Shown here piece by piece: positions 27,079 through 42,281 of a stretch of 64,000 nt of DNA. The notes below the pieces were generated by a model. The model saw only the letters and a list, made by a program, of their open reading frames with translations, was not told the origin of the DNA and ran no database searches. Where the stretch lies: assembly GCA_049724395.1 (NCBI GenBank), contig JAUGWO010000140.1, positions 124,001 to 188,000 on the forward strand, read 5' to 3'. Numbering within the stretch: the first letter of the stretch is position 1; each line of letters opens with the position of its first letter. The DNA comes from Spongospora subterranea f. sp. subterranea. Lineage: Eukaryota. The position numbers and the translations under genes are program-made.

Positions 27079-30056
27079 TCAAAACGTCCTGATATGGAGT
27101 GGTTTATTGGCTCTGGGAGAAATCTGCACTCCGATCATGCTGGAAAGAAGACGGGCGATTTCTGAAGGAATCGAAATGTTCGGTTGCTTCATGAGGGTTT
27201 TGATCATAGACCGAGCTGAATACGCTAGGTTTAGGTCGTCGGCGGAAGCCATCGCCATGTCGGATAGGAATCTAGCATAGTGGGAGAAAAGAGTGGCGCC
27301 GAATTGAGAGTTGATCTGAGCGAAGGTGATCGTTTGGGGGCAGGAAAGTGTTATGGCGACCATCGTTCTGCTAATCTTCCACTCACAGTTGCCATCTGGC
27401 CATATCGTACATAAAACAGAAGGATTTCCTAGAATTCGGCAGATCTCGGCGCAAGCTTTGAGATTGTCATCTAGGATGAACCGAGAGAGCAGCTGCTGGG
27501 CCAGAACAGGTTGCTGTGGAAGGTTGATACTGGCGAGAATCGGGACGAGGGAGCTTGGCGATAGCGACACTTTGCAAGCGACGCTCAGCGCCAGCTCCTG
27601 TGGGTTATGGGCCACATCATCGTTCCCAGCACCGTCCTTGCAGGCGTTGATTATGGCTCGAATCCTCCAATCGGCCACAGGGTATTGCGGTTGACGCTCG
27701 AAAAGCCACGATATCTGGCGATATAATGACGGAACCATACGAGATACGCTGTCGTTTGACGATTCGATGGCGCGAATTATCACGGATTCACAAAAGTGCA
27801 TTGATAATTCTCCTGGCGTTGCTTGCAGCAGCTGTAAAAGGGTCGATAGCGACTCCGAGGCGTTGGCCGAGGGAAGACAAAGCGACTCGAAGAGCGATTC
27901 CAATTCCATTTCTGGGCAAAATTCTCGGTACGTGCGCAATACAGAGTTGAGCGACGTTGGAAATGGGGATCCACTGTTGGCGTTGACGATGACACTGGTG
28001 AGATAATCTTTGAGAGCGGGTGCGAACTCGGTTGGGTGATATTGCATGCGGATATAACGCCATAGCCAGTCCAGCGCGACGTCGTCTTGCTGGAATTCGA
28101 TCGCGATCACGTCACGAGCGCACGTGGACGGAATGAATACTCGCGGGGCGGTTTTGGCCACCAGCTGCTTCAACTCCAACAGTAAACCGCATGATCTAGT
28201 TCTGCAATTACCATGACGATGAATGCCATCATGTCGATCGATGAAGTAGAACACGGCGCCCACAAACCGGTTAGAGTAATTTCGTTCGTATACGACGTCA
28301 CTGCTTAAGTAGAGCGACGGAATCGCGGAAACAATCGATATAATTGCAGGTTGAACGCGGAAGAATGCGACAGCGAATTCGAAGATGCCATCGTCGCAGC
28401 CCGAAAAAGGCCAACCCTCGATCAAGTCCAGAAAAACGGACCCTTCTGATGATATGGAACAACCTGTACATACCATGGTTGCCAACGCTGCGAGTTCGAC
28501 AGAATTTCGCTTAGAGCGTAAGAGAGCGAGCAGTATTGTACGAGCCACATCGTGCAGCGTTGGGGAGGCTTCCAGAGCTTGGCAGAAACGCACGACCCAT
28601 AGGATACAATCTTTCGGATCGCCGGAAATAGCATCATCCCGAATTTGCCTGATGAAATACTGCAAGAACGTGTCAAACGCCCGTTTCAAGACGTCGTCGC
28701 AGTTATCGATCGATGTTTGGAACAGCGTATCAATCTGTAACGGATCACTTGACATGACAGAATCACTGTTCAAATCCATCTGGATGTCATTTTCCGCAAA
28801 ACGTGAATCCGTCGACGTCGAGCTATCGCTGGCCAAATAAGCTGAACACAGATCACGATGATTTTTCAACCGGAGTACGGCCGAGCTGTGAACAGCGATA
28901 ATGTCGTCCGAATCCGTAGATTTGGATCTATGTGGAAACCTATCAGATAATTGATACATACAAGGATTGGCAATATTTGGATACTTGATAATTGCTTTGA
29001 GGATACAGCGATATTGCTTATCAGCGTTCACGTTCAGGGACAGCATTGGGTTTAGGATCTGGACCCATTTGATGAGATGGGCGTAAATGGAGTCATCAAT
29101 CTGGATTCACCGACATGCTTTTGGACCCACATTGAATATTGGAAAGGCCGACAATGCTTTGGCGAACTAGCGTGCGAATACGATAGAGCCTGAGCAAGAC
29201 GCATTCCACCTGAAACAGATGATTCATGAAAAATACAGATAGAGAATGCATCAGGCGCACCTATTGCTTGATCGATGTTCATATCGCTGCACGCCTCAGA
29301 TATGATGGATTGGACCAGCTCCTGCAGGACATCTGGTTCTGGGTTAAAACAAAAACCCGATCGCCAACGGGCCAAAATTACCGGATAATGATGATTTTGG
29401 GGGAGCATGAGAGCATATCGCGTTTACTGCCGTCATGTTCAAGTGATCTGATGTACGTAATAGCAATCCAAGAATGTCGGCCAGTTGTGCCTCGGAGTGG
29501 CAGCCAACCAGGATATTCATAACCGAAGTCATTCCGCCAGGACGATCGTCAAGATAATCGGCGTCCTGGCTACGTAATAAACGGTAGAGCAGGTCGTTAT
29601 TGAACGCGGTGCCCACTGATGCCGGTAAGACCTTTCTAGCGATCGATGCTATCTATGTGAGATTGGCGTTTCAAAACATTATCAGAATGTTCTGATAAAC
29701 AGCCCACCTCTGAGCAGCTTTCAAGGTCACGACAGATTTCCATGAGAAATTTTTGGCTCACGATTTGTGAATAGGACTTTAAGCAAGAACAAACGCCTTT
29801 ATTTACCCATATCAAGACGGGTTTTCGCTTTAGCTCCAGTTGAAAAGTTTCCACAGCATTCGACCTATACCGAGGTCGTGGGCCCACAGTCTCATAACAG
29901 AATGCGGTGAATATACCACGACGCACGGTCTAGCTGCTGCAAAACTACATCGATTGGCGTTGCAGAATCGCACGCCGTTACGAGGGATACGATATCGTCG
30001 TCTGCCTGTCTGGGCTGAACATTGCCAAGCAACGCCGCTAGTTTTCCAGGGGCCAT
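27079..30056 (-). CDS. Large hypothetical alpha-helical protein (~900 aa)
   Basis: 655-codon terminal ORF plus upstream ORFs 29052-29408, 29344-29616, 29636-29926; likely start MAPGKLAALL at 30056, head-to-head with PCNA. Confidence 0.7.
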
Positions 30057-30245
30057 CCGTTACGATTCATATCCAGTGCCAGCGTAACAAACGATACACG
30101 CGCGGCTGAGTCAGCTGAGCCGCACATGTGTACACGGAGTTTTACCTCGAATGACTCAAACGGTGTGAGAAGCGCCATCTTCACAATACCTCTGGTACAG
30201 TAGTCGTGTCGGCGCCTGCGTTCGTTTCGTTGCATTGTTATCGCC

Positions 30246-31341
30246 ATGTTCGAAGCGCGCCTTGAACACGGCCTTCCGTTCAAGAAGGTGCTGGATACGC
30301 TGTCTGGCATCGTCGATGAAGGCAATTTTGACTGCTCGTCGACCGCCATTTCAATGCAGGTTGGACTTATTTCTCACTGTTGGTATCGTTGAACGATAAT
30401 TACTCAGAATACATTTGCTGCCTTTTCTTTTTTTTAAAAATAATACCCATTTTTTACCGTTTTAGGCAATGGACACTGCTCACGTTGCTCTGATCTCTCT
30501 GTTTCTCAAAGCTGAAGGTTTTGACCATTTCCGGTCGGATCGTAACATTTCCCTTGGTTTCAAGGTTGATTCTATGTGCAAGGTATTCCGCTAGTCGACA
30601 TTTCATACTTCGTTGTAAGTTTCCAGCAGGTTTTTAAATGCATGGATAAAGATGATGCTGTCACAATGCGCGCTGATGATAGTGCTGAATCAGTCCACTT
30701 CGTATTTGAAAGCCCATCGACCGAGCGAATGTCAGAATTTGAGCTGAAGTTGATGGACATCGACTCGGAGCATCTATCGGTTCCGGAAAAAGATTATGCT
30801 GTCACTGTAAACACTTTGATGCTCACTTTAACCTGACTCCCTGTTTAACTGCCATACAGATTTCCATGCCATCAGCCGAGTTCCAGCGAATTTGCAGGGA
30901 TCTTAAAGACCTTGGAGATACTATATCTATTGATGCTTCCAAAGATGGGGTCAAATTCAAAGTCGAAGGAGCCATTGGATCGGGAACGATCGCTCTGCGA
31001 ACGAAGTACGTCTCAAAAATTTTTGTCACTGGTGATATCTGTTTTTGATACAAGTGCATAGCGCCACGGTAGATGAAAAGAAAGGCGAAGTGCCTACGAC
31101 CATTGAGTGCCAGGAACCTGTTGAACTTCAGTTTGCCATATCCTACCTTAACTCTTTCGCCAAGGTATATCGGTGTTTGTCGATGCTCTACCATCGTTTT
31201 CTTATTCAAAATTAGGCTCAAGTTTTGAGTAAGACCGTCAAAATCGGCTTAGCCAACGAAGCGCCGATTATGGTGGAGTACTCAGTTGAAGAAATTGGTC
31301 ATCTTCAGTTCTATCTGGCACCAAAGATTGAGGAAAGCTAA
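30246..31341 (+). CDS. PCNA: Proliferating cell nuclear antigen
   Basis: MFEARL, MQAMDTAHVAL, DRNISLG, FELKLMDIDSEHL, MPSAEFQRICRDL, FYLAPKIE; five introns. Confidence 0.97.
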
Positions 31342-32257
31342 ACTTGTAAAATGTATCACTGTCTTAATAAAAATTTGGAGCGTTTTATGGCGCAACTATT
31401 CGATTCGTTTGCCATCAAAATCGAAATCAGGGTTTTTTTTATTAATTTCGAGAACGCGGAACACGGTGCTATTATCAGTCCATCTTCGGGTCGTCTCACA
31501 GAAAATGATCGGATTCCGACCATAGGCCGTGGACGGGGGCCAGCGGTTGTTGTCCATGACAAATAGTCGTGGATTGGACCTTGATATTGTTCTATTGAGT
31601 TCCGAACCACAATTGCTGACAGATAAACAGAGAAAACAGTAGGATCGCAGGTAGTTGGCCCGCGTCTTCAATGATTTATGGGCATACTTCACAGGATTAT
31701 CATATTGCTCAAAGATATATGCGCGCGCGTCCAGCGGCTGACCTGGGCAATTGAACGCATCGAGAGGGTATTAGACGTTCTGATGGACCCGAATTACGCC
31801 CCAGAACCGAATTATCAAGTAGCCCATAATGCGCCTTAATATCCAATGGCGCCCCCTCATGTAATGGTATCCCAAGATAATCGGGTAATGAAGCATACTG
31901 AGTATGTTCGACCTATTTTTGAAAACCCCTTTAGGGACGGGTTTTCTGGTCTTATCATGGGCTTTTCACGTTCATGATTTTTACTCTGTACACAGATTTA
32001 TGTTTTTTTGGAGTTATCAATACATAATATTCGGTGACATGCGGGCGACAATGGACTGGTACGACTAATTGATTTGCTCTTTTATCGTGAGTCACTCCCG
32101 TCATGAACAACGTTCGGTTTCCATAATCTCAGGACATCGGCAAAATGTAAAAGTCTTACTAAAACTCACTACGATTTCCCGAGGAACGCTGGTAAAACCA
32201 CACCGCAGTTGGTTTCCGTTGTTCTGGACCCATCTGCCTAAAGGGAGTCAGGAGGAA

Positions 32258-32862
32258 GCGCGAAACGTTAACAACTTGTGCACTCGGCACCAACGACTGC
32301 CGCATTTCATAACATAATACGGTCACGAAACGTTAAGACCATGTGCCCTCTGGCCTCTCCCCTCGAAACCTTCATCATCAACGACTGCGCGTTTCATGTC
32401 ACACTCTCAAACTACAGTACGGGTCGCGAAACGTTAAGACCATGTGCCCTCGGAAGGTTTATCATCAACGACTGCGCGTTTCATGTCACACTCTCAAACT
32501 ACAGTACGGGTCGCGAAACGTTAAGACCATGTGCCCTCTGGCCTCTCCCCTCGAAACCTTCATCAACGACTGCGCATTTCATGTCACTCTCAAACTACAG
32601 TACGGGTCGCGAAACGTTAAGACCATGTGTCCTCGGAAGGTTTATCATCAACGACTGCGCGTTTCATGTCACACTCTCAAACTACAGTACGGGTCGCGAA
32701 ACGTTAAGACCATGTGCCCTCTGGCCTCTCCCCTCGAAACCTTCATCAACGACTGCGCATTTCATGTCACTCTCAAACTACAGTACGGGTCGCGAAACGT
32801 TAAGACCATGTGTCCTCGGAAGGTTTATCATCAACGACTGCGCATTTCATAATTATTACGGT
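32258..32862. repeat. Minisatellite: ~72-bp core with alternating A/B linkers, 183-bp higher-order unit
   Basis: Core starts (CAACGACTGC) at 32291, 32379, 32466, 32564, 32649, 32747, 32832. Confidence 0.95.
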
Positions 32863-32924
32863 CGTTGTTCACTGTTGGTCATAATTAAGGCATCGCTCGA
32901 CCGAATATTGGACGTTCATAGGGA

Positions 32925-33791
32925 ATGGGTACGGCAGTGAAGACGATCAAGCGTGCATTGGTTGTGAGTGCTCGGCTGATTCGATAATAGCATTGTATGG
33001 TCGGGTGTTCATGTGCGGTTTAGTTTGGCGGGTCGGGGTTTCTTGGCACATCGATAGTGCAGACCATGCAGAAAGGGAGTTGGTCCTGCACATCTATCGA
33101 TCTTCGCAATAGCGATGTCGCTCATGATAATGTCAATATTGCCTCGAAATCATCCGAACAAGCGGCCGAAGCGGTTTTGCAAAGAAGTGATGGGGAAGTT
33201 GATGCGATTATCTCGGTGGCTGGGGCATGGTAGGATATTGCCCATATTGTACGATAAAGCTGCCAGCTTAATCTAACTTTAGGAAGGGTGGCCATATTGC
33301 TCAGAAAGACATATTCCGCAATTCCCTGCTCATGTTCAATGCAAATACTATGCCATCTCTTGTTGCAGCACATGTTGCCACGAAGCTCCTCAAATCAAGT
33401 GGGTTATTAATGTTTACTGGGGCTTTTCCTTGTTTATCTCCAGCACCCACAATGCTGCCGTACGCTCTGTCAAAAAATTCAGTTCATTACTTGGTACGGT
33501 TGTATCTATCTCCGCGTCATCGAAATCTTACTCATCTGTTTTTAGACCAAATCTATGGCGGAAGAGTATCCCTCGATGAAGGCCGCATGTATTTTACCGG
33601 TTATTTTAGATACTCCCTCAAATCGAAAGTCGATGCCCGAAGCTGATTCATCGGAATGGACTCCAATCATTGACATATCGAATCAGATTGTACAATGGGC
33701 AGATGATACCGATAGTGTTTACCATGGAGGATTTTATTCAGTCATAACGAAACAAGGCCTAACCCAGTTCAATCTCTTAGACGTAAAATGA
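32925..33791 (+). CDS. QDPR: Dihydropteridine reductase
   Basis: ALV|FGGSGFLG, VDAIISVAGAWKGG, GLLMFTGA, MLPYALSK, ILPVILDTPSNRKSMPEAD..WTP. Confidence 0.9.
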
Positions 33792-33818
33792 TTTCATAGT
33801 TCTGAGTTTCGCCGGGAA

Positions 33819-35122
33819 TCAGCGATCTGTTATTTCTTTAGTATTGGCTTTTCCAAGATGGACAATACGACCGCCATCGGCAATTGGCAGTCTTACGCTT
33901 GTTCCAATGACAACGGCGTCATATGGCGCGCCGATTATGTTTAGAATGTTTCCGAATATGTCGCGTCTTCGGGCAATCGGTTCTCCTGCGCTGACGAAAG
34001 TATTGACTTGTGGGAAAATTTCCATTAGGCCGCCTCCAATATTTCTTATCCACTCCGATGAGGAGCAGACAACCGGGTCTGTAGTCGATTGAAACTGGAT
34101 CGGCACTTTGCCACCCATTTGAAGATGTTCCAAAATTAGCCCGAGAGATGACATCGTACGCCTGGCTAGCTGCTGGTCAACCTTAACCGGACCGCCAATT
34201 TCCACAGTAACCGCAACAATTCCATCAGATGCCATCGCCATGCGTAGTGAATTTAATGGGCCAGAATGATTTAGGATGATGTCAGGCATCATGATTTGCG
34301 ACATCTTTGCTATTTCGGGTACAGATAGATCAGCTCGGACATAGTAGCAATTATCATGGAACGTAGTCGCTGTATGTAAATCAATGTGATGTGTCACCTT
34401 TAAAACTGAGAATGCATTGAAGAGTCGTTCAGTGTATAGGCCTTCCTGATCTCGTAAAGAACGCGCTTTGAACTGTCTGTTCAAGTCTTTTCCGTTTTCC
34501 CCGGCTCGCTGAACTCTGTTGAACCCATAAGGGTTTAGAACTAGTGCCAACCAGGTTAGGCCCATGACCAGGACTGGTTTTTTTATATGCGAATCCTGAC
34601 CTGGTATAGCTATTATTGTTCCATTGAGATCATCAACCTGAAGATTATCCAGAAAATGAAAGATAGCAGCGACGCCGGTTACTTCATCACTAAAACATCA
34701 GCAGATTACATGTAGCATGGAAAAAAATGCTCGCATCGACGGGACTGCTTACCCATGAATGCCGGCGGTGACAGCCAAAGAAGGTCCTTTACGCTTTCCC
34801 TGACGAACAAATCAACCCTTTGCCAGACCTTCAAAGAACAACCGATTACCTGAAGAATTATAACCGGAAGTTCAATGCCCTCTCCTGACGGGCCTTCAAT
34901 AATCTGAAGACGGAACTCGCTTCGATTTGAAAAGGTTAACTGCTCCAAATGTTGCGACAGGAGATCGTGTGGCACCACCGGGGGTTCGCGTCGTGCAGAC
35001 GATGGACCTGGCCAGCTCGGCCGGATCAGCAAAAAAATTATGAACACTGAACTCTGAAATAGTAGAGCCATTAAAATAAGTTTAAAAAATTGCTTCATAC
35101 CATAAGACCGGCCGCCCAACAT
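33819..35122 (-). CDS. Succinylglutamate desuccinylase/aspartoacylase (AstE/AspA, M14-like) family protein with N-terminal membrane anchor
   Basis: LPVIILQG, VTAGIHG|DE, LNPYGF...DLNRQF, IDLHT, TVEIGG, C-terminal GGGLME..VSAGEPIA..APYDAVVI hybrid motif. Confidence 0.85.
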
Positions 35123-36559
35123 TTCCGTTCACCAGCAATTTTGGACCAGTACAGCTTGTAGCACTGGCACAGGCATTGCTTCAAGCAGAAAATGCGCAAA
35201 ACAGTCAAGCAGCACCGACCAACCAGATGGCGCTGCTGCGTTTGCCGTCTCAGGTGTTATTGTCGCCATTGCTAATTTGTTTTCGTATCAGAAATGTTCG
35301 GCGGGACAGGGATCCTCGCTCATTGTACTTCTCGATTCGTCAAAGCCAGTTTTCCAATAGTAAAACAGCGATGTGTGGTTCCATGATTAATGTATTCGGG
35401 ATCAGTTTCGCATCACGATAGCAACAGTATAGCTTTTCTGAACGAAAAAGGGAGTCAGCAGATTGTCTGCCTCGACGCTCAAATCATCGAGTTTGCCTGG
35501 TGCTGCACAGTGTTTTCGGTATATGAACCGATCCAGCATTCTCCGATGAGGATTTCAATTGCACCAACGCCATCAAAGAAATCGGTGACGCTCACCACAT
35601 ATAGTCAGCTCTATTTTCAAGATATCCGATGAAGACATCTTTGTACGAAACCGTCAGCCTAACTAGATCTGACGACATTCGTCTGGGAAATTTGAGCATC
35701 CAGCAGCTTGATTAAATCTTTGAGGTACCTGAGGGCCATCTGCTGACCCATGACATTTCCGGATGGAAATAAACCAATTTCAGAACGAAAAAACGAAATC
35801 AAGAAAATCGGTTTGAGCAAAATGGCGCCCCCATTGCTCTTTTCGAATTCCCTACACACACATCCGCTCGAGCTTACATAGATATGAGTTTTTTGAGGTG
35901 TCATCAATGTGGGACAAGCGTCAAGTATCGCCATTGTTGATGCCCACAATGATGGCAGATCGTCAGATCTCCGATCCCCTTCTCGAGCTCCCTCACACTT
36001 TTTGATTCGACCAGGTGCTTTGAACGCCAGCTATTGTAAACATCAGTTGTGCTAATTCAAGGATATAATTGAGGTCAGCTCAACAACCATGAGATTAGTA
36101 AAGTTTGGAATAACGGATTCAGCTACAATGAACGGAAATAATGGCGTTTTTATCATCACCTTTCTGTTGGGATAATGATTTAATGTCATTCGATTCTTTC
36201 ACCAGATTTCGATCTCTAGCAACATCTCTAGGATGATCGATCATATTGTAAAATGTACGTTTTGATGATGATATTTCTCACTCAAATACTGGATTATTAT
36301 ATATCAACACTTACATTTCAAGATGCCGCTGCAGATAGAGATCTAATGAAAGAAGCAAATGACGTCAAATTATTATCCCAATCGAAAGACCATCTTGCGA
36401 GACCAACCATCAATGCAACCATGAATTCTGATCCCAAACTGGGCGAAGTTGGTCATTTTGTTGGAAATTCCACAGATCGTTCGGAACAGGGACACTATAT
36501 CCACGACGCTTCAGGCGATCCCTGTCACAAGGACATCGTCACGTTCGCGGAACCAAATC

Positions 36560-37020
36560 TCGCAAACTGTCTGGGGAAAACCTTCCCCTTTCGTTGTTTT
36601 CGGGCAAGCGGGCTGCAAGAATTTTCAAAAGCAGGAAAAAAGAAAATGCTTGGAAAAACGGTGAATTGATGCTGGAATGGGTAGAACGCGCTTGGAATTC
36701 ATGGAGTCAGCATCACGGTCGTCGACGTTCCCTACCACAATGGAGGACTTCAAAGGGCATTGGGTTGATAGTTAGCGTGTGAGGAATTTCGCCTTCTGGC
36801 AGGTTTGTCAATGTAGCGACAATAGGAGTCGTTTGACAGGTGAAATACCAACATGACGAGACCGCTGGCCGTCTCCCCAGTCCAAACAGGATCTATAGCG
36901 CATGGCGTATTGACAAGGCTTGGGCTTCAGTTAGGCAAACAACGATAGCAAACAGGTGCCGCCATGTTTTGGTAATTCATCTGTCAAGATTCCAGTTGTC
37001 GCTACATCGACACAGCAGGC
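36560..37020 (+). mobile_element. pogo/Tigger-like (DDE_1) transposase remnant
   Basis: Frame-broken fragments ENAWKNGELMLEWVERAW, RRSL..EDFKGH, GRLPSPNR..IDKAWASVRQTTIAN. Bounds approximate. Confidence 0.65.
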
Positions 37021-38003
37021 TGAAGATGAAAATTTCGATCATGGCTACTATTATATAACCACACGCTTAGTAATCCCAAGATGGGATAGCATTCAAAGGC
37101 AGACACTCTGCCACATCAATGTTCGACGTCTTTTCTGAGTTTGTACGAAATTCCAAATATTTTTTCGGACAGCTCAACCGCTTGTGCGAATTCTCCAGGA
37201 AATTGATGCTCGCTCGCAAGGAATTTGGCAGAAAGAAAACCCAATCCTACAGGATTCTCGGCCGTTTTTTTATATGAACACAAGCAATTGCCTCTTCCAA
37301 GCCCGAATTTTCAGAATGCAACTCATCATCAGGAATGTCGTTGAAAATTTACACGGACCACTTGAGAACCATCGATGAAATCGGACTAAATCCCCAACAG
37401 CAATTCGTTCTCCACAGCCATCGTGCAGTGCACACGAATCCCCGTTATTGCCTTGACGAAGACCGACAAACTCCACAGGTAGTGACAGTTCTGCCCGAAA
37501 CGGTGGATGGACAGGCTGCTGATGCAATTAAAGTTTTCCCAATTATTTATCAAATATATTCGCATACGAGGCGCCGTTGGTGATCAGCAAAGTGTTTTTG
37601 TATCAGCAAACTCTTCAATAACGTTGACCATATCCGAGGCGGGCTGCTTGTCGGCTGAGCTCGGCTGCAGCCCTCTGCAGGTGCAGTTCATGTTTTCAGA
37701 ATAATATGGTGCTACCGCGGTGTCGCTGAAAAACGGTTCTTAATATAAAAAGCTATCTTCAGTATAAAATAAGCATCTAAGCTGCAAAGACAGCGAGTTG
37801 ATTTCTTTCGAACACCCCCGTTCTGTCCTAAAACGGAGGCAGTATTATTGTGTGCGTTGACGCATTTCATTGCAGAAGTACCAACCAGTGCTCAAATATG
37901 ATCTCACTTTCGACGTTCCCCCTTGGCACAGTTGCCGGGGAGCAGTCTTATGAACTTGAAACACACGCACTTACAATCGGCTACAGTTTCGTCAAGCCGG
38001 CCA

Positions 38004-39182
38004 ATGTTTCGCCGCGTGATGGATGGATCATCAGAGCCCTCCTCAAGTAGATCTGTTGTGTTACGTACCCTGTCACCAGTTGGCTTTTGGGTTTTCGGTT
38101 TCGACTCGTCAACATTGTCGGCCATGTTACACAAATGTGTAGCGCAATACAACTGCAGTGTTACGATACCGGCCTGGATTAGGTATAGAGTGCAGGGGGC
38201 AGGGTTAGAGGGTTTATACACATCTGCCCAGTTCAACACGGTTACGAGAGCAAGGACCTGTTTGGTCATGGCGCTGCCGCAGCTGGTACATGCATTGTCA
38301 TCGTTCACGGAACGAATCACGAGCTCAGACGCAAAATATCGTGAGGCAATTCAAAGCAGCGTGATCCTGCAAGCCAAATTTAAGGTCGCTGCTCGACCCT
38401 GCTGATAGGTGTCTGATATCGGTGTTCACAGGCAGAGCAGATTCGAGGAAACCTGATTCGCAAACAAGCGAATGATTTGCACAACCTTGTCATGTTTCAG
38501 ATCCCAGTTGTCTCCGAGTTGCGAGGTCACTTGGAAGAATGTGAGCAGTTTCGTCATATAACCAGCTCCTTAACCGATGGTTTGCAACACAAGCAGCAGA
38601 AGAAGCATTCCCTTGAAATAAAACTGGTAAATTCGCTTTGGTCCTTGAAAAGTACCTGTGTGCAGGTTAATGGAAAAAACAGGCTGCCCTTCGTACCCAC
38701 TATGGTACGTTGATTCAGAACCACGAGTTGACTCTTCAGAACCTGCAATCCGAAAGCAAGTGTCGTGACGGGCAAATAGAATCCATTAGGGTTAAAGGCA
38801 AAGAGCCCAGCTTCAGTGTCGTGCGACCTCCAACTTGATTGTTAGGGATACAATTAACTAAGCGACTTGAAGCCGCAAAAGCATCGGGTGCTTCTGCAAT
38901 TGAAAAAGCAGCCGAGGAGGTGACGGTAATGTGTAAGGAATCGATCCACTATCCTAACTTCCTATAGCAAAGCAATTCGTTGCGATGTTTGACATTGAAG
39001 AGACAATCTCAAAAAAAGGACGAGGCAGCGATGATGAAAAAGCTGGAACAATTGAAGGTAATGGGTGTACCTTGGACCTCTTTTTGAGTTGTGATTGGCT
39101 TGTACGACAGTTGGAAAATAGTGAGTTAAAAGCGCGACGAAAACGATTACTAGAAAGGTCAGGAAAACGTAATTGCCAATAA
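38004..39182 (+). CDS. Hypothetical coiled-coil protein
   Basis: Chain of short exons with GT-AG boundaries ending LENSELKARRKRLLERSGKRNCQ*, convergent with RPT2. Confidence 0.5.
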
Positions 39183-39287
39183 TACAACTTAGAACGCTGA
39201 CAACAAAACATTGGTGAGCATGTATGTACTCAATTGGAGAGTGTGCAGAGTAGAATATAGCGCATTTGATATATTCGGAGTAGTAAA

Positions 39288-41077
<1,790 letters not shown>

Positions 41078-41167
41078 TGTGTCTCGGTGCAAAACACCGA
41101 TTTGAGTGATAATAACTCACCCGTTGGATAAAAGTTCTGACTGGTTGCCCGAGTGTACCTCTCGCCT

Positions 41168-42281
41168 AGTGCGCACTTAGGTATATGCGCCACTGAGTCT
41201 CCAGTCAGGAGTCCCCATCATTTGTATGATCCCTGCTCTGCGTCAAACTCTCCAGTGCGCACTTAGGTATATGCGCCACTAAGTCTCCAGTCAGAGTCCC
41301 CACCATGTGTATATGCGCCACTGAGTCTCCAGTGTCCCCACTGTCCCCACCATGTGTATGATCCCTGCTCTGCGTCAAACTCTCCAGTACGCACTTATGT
41401 ATGCGCCACTGGGTCTCCAGTCAGAGTCCCCACCATTGCTCTGCGTCAAACTCTCCAGTGCGCACTTATGTATATGCGCCACTGAGTCTCCAGTCAGAGT
41501 CCCCACCATGTGTATGATCCTTGCTCTGCGTCAAACTCTCCAGTGCGCACTTATGTATATGCGCCACTGAGTCTCCAGTCAGAGTCCCCACCATGTGTAT
41601 GATCCTTGCTCTGCGTCAAACTCTCCAGTGCGCACTTATGTATATGCGCCACTAAGTCTCCAGTCAGAGTCCCCACCATGTGTATGATCCTTGCTCTGCG
41701 TCAAACTCTCCAGTGCGCACTTATGTATATGCGCCACTACACCATGTGTATGATCCTTGCTCTGCGTCAAACTCTCCAGTGCGCACTTATGTATATGCGC
41801 CACTAAGTCTCCAGTCAGAGTCCCCACCATGTGTATGATCCTTGCTCTGCGTCAAACTCTCCAGTGCGCACTTATGTATATGCGCCACTAAGTCTCCAGT
41901 CAGAGTCCCCACCATGTGTATGATCCTTGCTCTGCGTCAAACTCTCCAGTGCGCACTTATGTATATGCGCCACTACACCATGTGTATGATCCTTGCTCTG
42001 CGTCAAACTCTCCAGTGCGCACTTATGTATATGCGCCACTAAGTCTCCAGTCAGAGTCCCCACCATGTGTATGATCCTTGCTCTGCGTCAAACTCTCCAG
42101 TGCGCACTTATGTATATGCGCCACTAAGTCTCCAGTCAGAGTCCCCACCATGTGTATGATCCTTGCTCTGCGTCAAACTCTCCAGTGCGCACTTATGTAT
42201 ATGCGCCACTAAGTCTCCAGTCAGAGTCCCCACCATGTATATGATCCTTGCTCTGCGTCAAACTCTCCAGTGCGCACTTAT
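41168..42281. repeat. Minisatellite, ~14 copies of an 85-bp unit with a 66-bp variant (85+85+66 = 236-bp higher order)
   Basis: GTGCGCACTTA cores at 41458, 41543, 41628, 41713, 41779, 41864, 41949, 42015, 42100, 42185, 42270, with more degenerate copies to the left. Confidence 0.97.

Noticed and set aside
32291..32850. Hammerhead ribozyme / retrozyme
   Set aside because: GAAAC and GTTTC are present, but there is no CUGANGA core in the right position on either strand.
32258..32862. CRISPR-like repeat-spacer array; repeat-encoded ORFs
   Set aside because: Only two recurring linkers, a ~72-bp repeat, eukaryotic context and no cas genes; the ORFs follow from stop-poor units.
35176..36250. Short ORFs on both strands
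   Set aside because: No recognisable motif or consistent exon chain.
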